This document shows positions 27,867-36,018 of a stretch of DNA of 64,000 nt, in pieces. Each line of letters opens with the position of its first letter. The first letter of the stretch is position 1. The stretch is taken from IMG/VR virus record IMGVR_UViG_3300010361_000011, positions 6,045 to 70,044 of that record. The stretch is one strand, 5' to 3'. The translations under genes and the position numbers were made by a program. A model generated the notes under the pieces. The model was not told the origin of the DNA. It worked only from the letters and a program-made list of their open reading frames with translations, and made no database searches. This stretch comes from a virus (taxonomy: Duplodnaviria; Caudoviricetes).

Positions 27867-28468
27867 CTTCGAAGGGGCAAAAGATTCTCGCAAATATGCA
27901 GCGAGAATACGGAGACAAAAAAGGTACCAGTGTTTTTTACGCGAGTCGCAATGCGGGGCGGATTACCGGGGTCGATCCTGGCCATGCGCGCGGCGGCTTG
28001 GTCGCTGGCCTAGTCGACCATGATTTCGATCCCGAGCTGCCGAGGGTGCAGGAGGACGTGCGGATTGAGCCGGTGGCGCATCTGCCGCTGGACTATGTGC
28101 GGGTGATCCAGCAGCTGCGCGAAGGTGCGAGGCAGCAACCAGCGGTGCCTCGGCAACGTGGCGGCGGCGTTGACGCGCCTGCTGCCAAATATACCCAGCA
28201 GCAAGTTGACTACCGACGCGGCTATCCGCTGCGTCAATGCAGCGTGTGCGACATGTACCGCAAGACCGGTAGTGGTCATTTCGGCACCTGCACCGACGTC
28301 GCCGGGGGCATCTCGCCTTACGGTGTGTGCAGGCTCTTTGCCCGATTGGATAATCCCTATGGCAATCGACTCACTGGCGACCACGAGCGTGCGATCGGCA
28401 AAATCTACGACCATGCGCACGGCTACCAAAGCACGCTCGCGTACAACAACCGCCGCCGTTCCACCTAA
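27857..28468 (+). CDS. modular protein with HiPIP-like four-cysteine domain
   Basis: N-terminal MPLTSKGQKI...VFYAS module; CSVC...C-x6-I-x3-GVC-x2-F. Confidence 0.65.
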   Translation: MPLTSKGQKILANMQREYGDKKGTSVFYASRNAGRITGVDPGHARGGLVAGLVDHDFDPELPRVQEDVRIEPVAHLPLDYVRVIQQLREGARQQPAVPRQRGGGVDAPAAKYTQQQVDYRRGYPLRQCSVCDMYRKTGSGHFGTCTDVAGGISPYGVCRLFARLDNPYGNRLTGDHERAIGKIYDHAHGYQSTLAYNNRRRST

Positions 28469-29126
28469 GACGGCGCCGCCATCCGACGCGGAGGCCGCGC
28501 AGCAACAGTTCGTTGCGCAGCGCAAGGCACTGCGTGATCTCATCAACGATTACGCTATTTATCGTGTTCCTAACGGCTCGCGCGAGCTGCTCGGCTTCGA
28601 CGGCAAGAGCTATTATTCATGGCAGTTTCAGATGCGAGCTGCGGTGCTCAAGCCACAAAGTCTTATCTTTATCGCCAAGTGTTTCTGGGGGCTTTACTAT
28701 AACAGGTACAAGCAAAGACCGTTTCAGATTGCCGGTGCCGATGCCGGCGCGCTTCCGATCATCTCCGCGATATTGATGTGCGCGCCGTCCATCCCGCTCA
28801 ATGCGTTCTCAATCCGAAAGCAGCGCAAGCCCTACGGACTGTGCAACATGATCGAGGGCAGGCCGACCAACGAGCCTGTCGTCATCGTCGATGATTTGAC
28901 CTCGCCCATCCACGAGACGATGTGGCACACGATCAACCAAGTCATGCAGCTCGGGCTGCCGCTTTATGGCGGCGCCTTCGTGGTCGTGTGGAAAGGCCGC
29001 CGCGAGCAGATGGCGCTGATCCCCACGTCGCAGGGTAATCTGGGCGTCGAGAGCATCTTCACCGCTGAGGACTTTGACCTGACGATCGAGGGCTATCGTG
29101 AGGCGAAAAAAGCCAAGACCGGCTAA
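28413..29126 (+). CDS. type I phosphoribosyltransferase, orotate PRTase (PyrE)-like, divergent
   Basis: AGADAGALPI, IRKQRKPYG...IEG and VVIVDD motifs; start codon uncertain (28359 or 28413). Confidence 0.75.
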   Translation: MRTATKARSRTTTAAVPPKTAPPSDAEAAQQQFVAQRKALRDLINDYAIYRVPNGSRELLGFDGKSYYSWQFQMRAAVLKPQSLIFIAKCFWGLYYNRYKQRPFQIAGADAGALPIISAILMCAPSIPLNAFSIRKQRKPYGLCNMIEGRPTNEPVVIVDDLTSPIHETMWHTINQVMQLGLPLYGGAFVVVWKGRREQMALIPTSQGNLGVESIFTAEDFDLTIEGYREAKKAKTG

Positions 29127-32100
29127 GCGGGAAGAGGCACCCGCTTCGGTATTAATGCAAAGAGGTTTTCGTCGGAACACCGACGAGTTTCCGGCTGACT
29201 GGCAAACGCCGTCCTCGCGTCGCATACAGCCGTTGGCGTCAAGCCCGATCCAGACTGCATTTGCCCAGGAGATCGCAAACAGGAGCCGCAGCGCGGACTA
29301 CTTGAAAGGGCCACGCTGGCACAGACGACGGCGTGAGATGGTTACTTGGCACGCCGAGTGCTGGGGCGAGGTCAACGGTCGTCGCGTTCCTGTCGATAAC
29401 AATCCGCCTGTGGCCCCGCTGCGAACTGCCATAGGCCGGGGCCTTGATCATCTTCGCATTCCGCCGAGCGCCGACTGGGGCGAAGTCAAGGGTGCTGTTC
29501 TTCCTCTGGACCTCGGCTTTCAAGTCACTAATCCAAACGGCTATCTCGGTCTCAGCCAGCGCAAGATCGTGGCCTTTGGTTGCGGCAGCGAGGGTGGCAG
29601 CGAGGGCGGTGGTGGTGGCTGCGATGCCGGCTGCGGCGATGCCGGCGGCGGTAGCGAGGGCGGCTGCGGCTGCCAATGCGGATGCTCTGGCACTGGCTGC
29701 GCCGGCTCGGGCTGTTCCGGTTGTGCCTGCGGCGGCACTAATTGTGCGGGCGGCGGCACTTGTGCGTGCGGCGCAGACCAAAGCGGCGGCGGCTGTAACG
29801 TCGGCGGACAATTCGGTGCCACCCCTGGCGATCAAGGCACTCAAGGCGGTGGCCCCGGTGGCGGCCCCGGTGGTGGTGGTGGATTCGGTGGTGGCCCCGG
29901 AGGCGATCAGGGCGGCGGTCCCGGCGGCGGTCCCGGTGGCGTGGGCGGCCCTTCGGACACGGGTGCAGTAGGCGGCGGCGGGCTGGGCTGCGGCATCGGC
30001 GGCGGTATGGCCGGCGGCATTGGACTGGGCGGAGGCGCGTTAGACGTCGGCGGCGGCAGCTTTGCAGGCTTCGGTGATCAACCCGGTCAAAGCGGCGTTG
30101 GCTTTGGCAGTTTCAGCGCTGCCGCCAATCCAGATGTGGTTGGACTGGCTGCCACAGGGCCGGCGATGGGCGTTGCTTCTTTCGAGCCTTCGGGCGTGAT
30201 CAGCTCCTCGACCCCATCAAATCTCGAAGCCGCTGCTAACTGGGGCTCGATTGTCGGGCCGGCGGAAACCAGCGTCGAGCTTGGCACCTCGGTCGTCGGC
30301 ACACATGCGGCTGCGATCGGCAACGCCATCGTGAATGCGCCGCAAAGCCAGATACCGCAGGTGGAGAACTCTCTGTCGGCGCTAAGCCAGTCGGGCGCAT
30401 CGCTTTCCGATCTCGCCAACGCCGCTGCTGCAATGGGCACGTCGACGTCCGGCACTTTCGGCCAATTCGGCGGTCCCGGTGTAATGCAGAACGTGCCTGC
30501 GCCGACGAACCCGGCTGTTGCAGTGGGACCGACCTTAACGCCGCTCATGCCGATGGCTGACACCAGCATCAGCGGCGGCCCGTTCGAGGCGCCCAGCGAT
30601 CAGCTCGCTGCTGCACCGAGTGTTGGCGGCGAGTTCGCGGCGGCGCCGGCGGACATGGGTTTGGCGCTCAGCGGGCTTGCCCAGGCGGTGCCGACAGACA
30701 CTGGCGTGCCCGGCGGTGGTGCGATGTTCGCCGGCGACTTCAATCTACCCTCCGATATCGGTGCTGCTGCGGCTGCCGCTCCTGTCGGCCTTGCTGGTCC
30801 GACCGACGTCACTGCACCGGGTGCCGGTGGTGTCATTGGTCTTGGCGGCGCTGTCGCCGCGCTCGAGCCCGGTACGCTCACCGACGTCGGTGCTCCGGTT
30901 GGAGGACTTGCTGATACAGGTGACAGGGATCAGCAGCGCGCTGCTGCCGGCCTTGCACCGGCGGGCGGCGGATACATCCCAATGGCAGGCACTCCCGGCG
31001 GGCCAATAGCCTATGGTCCCGGCAGCCAGTTCGCCAACGCAGCCACTGGACCGGAAGGCTCGCAAGCGCCGATGCCCGGTGCGACTGAGCCCGGCATTCA
31101 GCTTGCCCAGGCACCGGCACCCGGTGAAATCGAGCAAAAAGGTGCGGTCACGCTGGATGTCGGGCCGAATGCGGGCGGATGGGGGACGGCACCAACTCCC
31201 ACTCCTGCTCCCGCCGACACTACGCCTACGCCAAGTCTCGGAGCCGCCGGCGCGGCGGCTCCTGCGCCGACTGAGGCGCCGCCTGCCGGTGGGTTTCAGG
31301 GGAGCGAGAACCCAAGCGGTCCCGAGCCAAACTTCGGCCCGCCGACAGAAACCGATCGCGGATTACTGCCGGGGGTGACCGATCTTCCTGGAGAGGTCGT
31401 GGCGCCTCCTGCCGCCGGAGGCGAGCCGAGGACCGAGGCGCAGCCAGGTACCATGCTGGCCGGACTGCGCGGACCTTTCGGTGCGGCGCAGGACCTGTGG
31501 AATGCCTACAAGTACAGTGGCCCGGTGCCGTTCGACCCGTATCAGGGCGTGCAGCATCCCGAGGCGCCTATCGATCCTACGCAGCCGGTGCCGGCGCCCG
31601 AAGGGAGCATTCCGCCTGTTGAAGCGCCGCCGCCGCCATCAACAACACCTGGGCCGGTCGCCCCTTCCAGCCCGTATCCATCGATAATCCCGCCGGAACA
31701 AAGGACGCCGGGAGGGCCGTTTTCTCTTCCGATAACGCCGACGCCAACAGAGCCGCCCATCGGGGCGCCGTTGCCGCTTGCCCCACCGACTGCCCCCAGC
31801 ACGACGCCGTTCGAGTTGCAGCCTTATCCACAGCTGACGCCACCGCCCACTGACCAAGTAAATCTCCCGGGCGGCCTCGTACAGCCGGCATCTCTGACGA
31901 CGACGACACCTGCAGGCCTTGCGCCCCAGGATGTCTGGTCGCCTGCCTTCGGGGCGGCGATGCTCAACCCGGCACCGCTCGCGGGCCAGAACGTCGACAT
32001 CTACGGCAACCCACTATTCGGAGGTGGACGTAATCAGCTCAGCAGCGAGGAGCTTCAGAACCTCACGTTCAATCAGCAACCGACAGCGCAGCAGCAGACC

Positions 32101-35100
32101 GAGCTTGAGCCGTTCATGGCACCGACGCTGCCGCCGGAAACGGACGTCGGTCGTGGTGTCGTCCCTGGAGGAGCAGAGCCGTTCGCACCGCCGAGCGAGC
32201 GCACGCCAACGGGCGCGACCGGGCTTTTCTCTGGTTTGGGTCGCCTCGCCCAACAGGCTCAGCAAGAGCAATTATTGCAGACACCGCCCACGACGGCTGA
32301 CATCGGAATGGAACGGAGCCCGTACACACTTCCGGGGATGCAACCACAGGCGGTGCCGACCGAGACGCTAGAAGCGCCGACGCCAGGACAGCAACTAGAG
32401 GAGCTAAATCGACAACAGGAACTGGAACGGGAACCGCCCCAAATCGGAGGGCCAACGCCGCCGCCCGGCACGCCGATCTCGGTTCAGGGCACTCCTATTA
32501 CCGATGACGCTGGGATATTCGCTGGGTGGCCCCCCGGCATCGGGCAGCAACCTCAGTCCGGCAGCTTGCAGACCCAGCTCGCCGGCCCAGGGATGCGCGA
32601 TATTACCTCGCGGCCTGCCATGCCGCCGCCGGCGCCAGAGCCCTCTCCAACCGCCGGTCCAGTTCCTACAGCTCAACCGGGCTTGGCGGAGCAGCTGGGC
32701 ATCAACGACATTGTCGTCCCGGAAGGTGCACCGTATACGCCGGGCGGCTTCGAGCGCGGCGTTCCGCAAATCCATGGCGGCGATACAGTCGGTGATCGCA
32801 TCGCCGCCGGGCTCGGTCTCGTCACGCCCGCTGCAGCGCTGGAAGGCCCGCCTGGGCCGGTCAGGGAGACCAAGGGCGATCTCCTTATGACGACGCCCGG
32901 GACGGTCACGCCGACTGCTGAGGAGCTTGGCGGCGGCTTTTACCAAGGTCCGGCCGGACGCGGGACCAGCGCATATGCGCCAACCGGCACTGTGGCGCCA
33001 GCGCTTACGTTCGAGGGCCGGGGTGCCTTCGATCAGACCTTCGGAGGAAGAGCTGGTCTAGATCAGCTGGCTGTGGACCGTGCTGTTCCAGCGGACCAGC
33101 AAGCGCCTCCCGAGCTTAGCTTCGCGGGTCGAGGCGCTTTCGATCAGAACCTCGGGCCTACGCCAGGGCTTGTGGCGGTCGAGCCGACCGCTGCAGAGCT
33201 TGGCGCTGGCATGGGACGGGGCCTGTATAATGCTCCTGCAGAAACCCGCGAACAGCAGAACGCCAGAGCGACTGCTGAGATCGCATCTCAGTTCGAGCCC
33301 GCACAGCGTGCGGTGCCTACTGCCGCCGTTGCGCCCACGACCGAGGAGTTAATAACCGGTGGCGGCCCCGCCCGAGCAGGCTATGCGCCCGCTGCCGTCG
33401 CGCCAGAGCGGACCCTAGCGGGCACTCAGTTTCCGATGTCCGGTCGCGGCGGCGAGTATACGCTTGCCGATATCCAGAGAGCAGTTCGGGGGGCAGAACC
33501 GCCGCCTCCGTCTACGACTGTGGGGCCAACGGGAGGGGATACTTTCGACGCTCGTTTCGGTGCGCGGCCCGCGCCTACCGATTACACCGGCACCGCCGTG
33601 ACGCTGCCGGGAGGTGTCTATACCGGCACGACAGTCGCTCCTCCTGCTGCTGCTGCTCCGATCGACACCTTTGCCGATCGCTTTGGAGGCAGGGCGCAGT
33701 TCCTGCCGAGTGATCTCGTATCGCCGACGCCGATCGGAACGCCACAGGTTGGCTTTACCGGAGTGCCCGGTCAGCCAGGGATACGCGGCACAGAGGCAGC
33801 AACGCCCTACGCTTTGCCCGGCGGCATTGCGGCGCCGGACGTCGTCGGTGCACGAGGCACGATCGCGCCCGAGGATGCGGCCCGCCTCATGTTCGATCCC
33901 ACATTGATGGGACCGCCGCAGACATTTGGTGCGCCTTATCCGGCCGCTCCCGGCATACGCGGAACCGCGCCTGCGCCGGTTGAGCCCACGCCGGTTGAGC
34001 GTACCGGCAGGGCCGACCTCGGGGCGGGTCCTGGTGGACGGCTCACGCCGAGTGAAATCATCGCCGACCGCTTCTCCACACTGCCGTTCGCTACTCCGCA
34101 GCAACAGCCGACGAGCCAGCTACAGGTCCAGCCGCCTGGGCCTTACGCGCCACCGAATGTTCCGCTGCCCCCGCCGCGACCCGACACCGCACAGCCGCCG
34201 CTGATGACGACGCGGCCGACGCCGGACATCCCACCAGTGCCGCCCAATGCGCCGCCGATGATGCAGCCTACGGCGCCCCCGACAGCGCCACCGCCGTCGA
34301 GCGCAGCGCCGCCGATAGGCCCGGTGCCGGCGCCGGTGTCGCCGCAGGCAGTGCCGACCGATCGGGAAGGGCGGCCGATCATGGTGCCGCCGGGAATGCC
34401 CGGCCCGGGCGGAGTGCCGCCAACGGCCGGTCTCGGCCCCGGCCCCTATTATCCTCCGAGCTACTTCGCTGGCGATCCCAACCAGGGGGCGACTCAAATG
34501 ATCAGGCAGTTTGTCCAGAGTGACCCCAGGGCAGCCGCCGCGCAGATGCAGAGCGACCCCTCGGCCGGCCCCGCGCTACGCGCTCAGTTCACGCCGCCGC
34601 AGTTGTGGGACATGTTCGATCAGATCGGCTGGAGCCGGGGCGAGCAGAACCCGCAGCCGCCGCCGTCGATGTTCCCGCCCGGGATGATGCCGATGATGCC
34701 GATGGGCGGCATGGGCATGGGAGGCATGGGCATGGGACGGCAGTTTGCCCATGGCGGATACGTCGACCAGCCGGGCTACTACCAGCGCGGCGGTCTCGGT
34801 GTTCCGCAGATGAATACGATGGCCTCGCAGGCGCACTACAGCGCCATCAACATGCGACCCGCGATCGGCCGTCCTCTTGGCGTCCACCTGATGGCCTCGT
34901 CCTCGATCCCGGGCCGCACCGATCGCATCCCGATGCGAGCGCGGCCGGGAAGCTACGTGCTGCCGGCCGACGTCGTGTCGGGTCTCGGCCAGGGCAATAC
35001 CCATGCCGGTGCGCGCATGTGGGGGCAGGCGATCATGGCTTCGGTCCCCGGCGCCGGCACCATGGGCGCTCTGCGGCGCGGCAGCATGCCGAAGCCGCCT

Positions 35101-35355
35101 GGGATGCCAGGTCTGGGTCGTCCGGCCCGAGGTCTGGCCGACGGCGGCATCGGACACAACATGGGACCGCCGCTCGATGACGAGTACGTGCCCATCATTA
35201 CGGCGGGCGGCGAGGTCCTGATCGACCCCGAGGTCGTGGCGGCGCTCGGATACGGCAGTGAGATGCTGGGAAAGCGCAAGCTAGCCGAATCAGTGCTCAA
35301 GGTGCGAAAGCAGACGATCGACCATCTCAAGAAGCTGCCGAGGCCGGTGGCATAA
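29098..35355 (+). CDS. giant P/G/A-rich internal/ejection protein with Cys-Gly cluster
   Basis: 2085-aa ORF; true start could be 29155 or 29338. C-terminal YVLPADVVSGLG and GEVLIDPE motifs typical of this protein class. Confidence 0.75.
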   Translation: MRRKKPRPAKREEAPASVLMQRGFRRNTDEFPADWQTPSSRRIQPLASSPIQTAFAQEIANRSRSADYLKGPRWHRRRREMVTWHAECWGEVNGRRVPVDNNPPVAPLRTAIGRGLDHLRIPPSADWGEVKGAVLPLDLGFQVTNPNGYLGLSQRKIVAFGCGSEGGSEGGGGGCDAGCGDAGGGSEGGCGCQCGCSGTGCAGSGCSGCACGGTNCAGGGTCACGADQSGGGCNVGGQFGATPGDQGTQGGGPGGGPGGGGGFGGGPGGDQGGGPGGGPGGVGGPSDTGAVGGGGLGCGIGGGMAGGIGLGGGALDVGGGSFAGFGDQPGQSGVGFGSFSAAANPDVVGLAATGPAMGVASFEPSGVISSSTPSNLEAAANWGSIVGPAETSVELGTSVVGTHAAAIGNAIVNAPQSQIPQVENSLSALSQSGASLSDLANAAAAMGTSTSGTFGQFGGPGVMQNVPAPTNPAVAVGPTLTPLMPMADTSISGGPFEAPSDQLAAAPSVGGEFAAAPADMGLALSGLAQAVPTDTGVPGGGAMFAGDFNLPSDIGAAAAAAPVGLAGPTDVTAPGAGGVIGLGGAVAALEPGTLTDVGAPVGGLADTGDRDQQRAAAGLAPAGGGYIPMAGTPGGPIAYGPGSQFANAATGPEGSQAPMPGATEPGIQLAQAPAPGEIEQKGAVTLDVGPNAGGWGTAPTPTPAPADTTPTPSLGAAGAAAPAPTEAPPAGGFQGSENPSGPEPNFGPPTETDRGLLPGVTDLPGEVVAPPAAGGEPRTEAQPGTMLAGLRGPFGAAQDLWNAYKYSGPVPFDPYQGVQHPEAPIDPTQPVPAPEGSIPPVEAPPPPSTTPGPVAPSSPYPSIIPPEQRTPGGPFSLPITPTPTEPPIGAPLPLAPPTAPSTTPFELQPYPQLTPPPTDQVNLPGGLVQPASLTTTTPAGLAPQDVWSPAFGAAMLNPAPLAGQNVDIYGNPLFGGGRNQLSSEELQNLTFNQQPTAQQQTELEPFMAPTLPPETDVGRGVVPGGAEPFAPPSERTPTGATGLFSGLGRLAQQAQQEQLLQTPPTTADIGMERSPYTLPGMQPQAVPTETLEAPTPGQQLEELNRQQELEREPPQIGGPTPPPGTPISVQGTPITDDAGIFAGWPPGIGQQPQSGSLQTQLAGPGMRDITSRPAMPPPAPEPSPTAGPVPTAQPGLAEQLGINDIVVPEGAPYTPGGFERGVPQIHGGDTVGDRIAAGLGLVTPAAALEGPPGPVRETKGDLLMTTPGTVTPTAEELGGGFYQGPAGRGTSAYAPTGTVAPALTFEGRGAFDQTFGGRAGLDQLAVDRAVPADQQAPPELSFAGRGAFDQNLGPTPGLVAVEPTAAELGAGMGRGLYNAPAETREQQNARATAEIASQFEPAQRAVPTAAVAPTTEELITGGGPARAGYAPAAVAPERTLAGTQFPMSGRGGEYTLADIQRAVRGAEPPPPSTTVGPTGGDTFDARFGARPAPTDYTGTAVTLPGGVYTGTTVAPPAAAAPIDTFADRFGGRAQFLPSDLVSPTPIGTPQVGFTGVPGQPGIRGTEAATPYALPGGIAAPDVVGARGTIAPEDAARLMFDPTLMGPPQTFGAPYPAAPGIRGTAPAPVEPTPVERTGRADLGAGPGGRLTPSEIIADRFSTLPFATPQQQPTSQLQVQPPGPYAPPNVPLPPPRPDTAQPPLMTTRPTPDIPPVPPNAPPMMQPTAPPTAPPPSSAAPPIGPVPAPVSPQAVPTDREGRPIMVPPGMPGPGGVPPTAGLGPGPYYPPSYFAGDPNQGATQMIRQFVQSDPRAAAAQMQSDPSAGPALRAQFTPPQLWDMFDQIGWSRGEQNPQPPPSMFPPGMMPMMPMGGMGMGGMGMGRQFAHGGYVDQPGYYQRGGLGVPQMNTMASQAHYSAINMRPAIGRPLGVHLMASSSIPGRTDRIPMRARPGSYVLPADVVSGLGQGNTHAGARMWGQAIMASVPGAGTMGALRRGSMPKPPGMPGLGRPARGLADGGIGHNMGPPLDDEYVPIITAGGEVLIDPEVVAALGYGSEMLGKRKLAESVLKVRKQTIDHLKKLPRPVA

Positions 35356-36018
35356 ATGATCAAGCTCTACTTCGATCTCAAGGATGGCGTGCCGGGGCCG
35401 AAGTTCAACGACGGCGTGACGGGCGTGCGGCTCGCGACCAAGGCCGACGAGGGCGAAATCTTCGGGCTCCTTCTCATGCTGCATGCCGAGAACGGAATGT
35501 TCTCGCTCAACCGCGACAAGGTCATTCTTGGTATCCAGCACGCAACCGAGCGGCGTGGCGGCATCATCTACGTAATCGATGAGGGGCCGCGCGTGGTCGC
35601 GACCATGGGCATGTCGGTCGTCTGCGACTGGTACAGCGACGACGAGTACCTGATGGAGCGCTGGAACTTCGTGCACCCGGAATATCGCCAGAGCGACTAC
35701 GCCAGGATGCTGCTCGAGCAGGGCAAGTGGGCGACCGAGTGGTTCAAGGCGCACGCAAAGCTCCTACCGTATATGTGCGGCATCAACAGCTTCGATCGCA
35801 CTGAGGCGAAGATACGCATGTACGCGCGGCACATGCCGTGCATCGGCGCCTATTTCATGTACGGGCTCGCGCCGCGTCAGCAGAAACAAGTGCAGGACGA
35901 GATGGCGGCGATCGAGGAGCGCAATAGGAAGAGCAATAGTGAGCACTCCAGAACAGTGCGTCCGCTGGTGGAGACGTTGATTCGCGTCAGTAAGCGCGAG
36001 GATGCTAAGCATGTGTAG
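35356..36018 (+). CDS. GNAT-family acetyltransferase-like protein
   Basis: RLATKADEGEI...LMERWNFVHPEYRQSDYARMLL acetyl-CoA motif A pattern. Confidence 0.7.
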   Translation: MIKLYFDLKDGVPGPKFNDGVTGVRLATKADEGEIFGLLLMLHAENGMFSLNRDKVILGIQHATERRGGIIYVIDEGPRVVATMGMSVVCDWYSDDEYLMERWNFVHPEYRQSDYARMLLEQGKWATEWFKAHAKLLPYMCGINSFDRTEAKIRMYARHMPCIGAYFMYGLAPRQQKQVQDEMAAIEERNRKSNSEHSRTVRPLVETLIRVSKREDAKHV

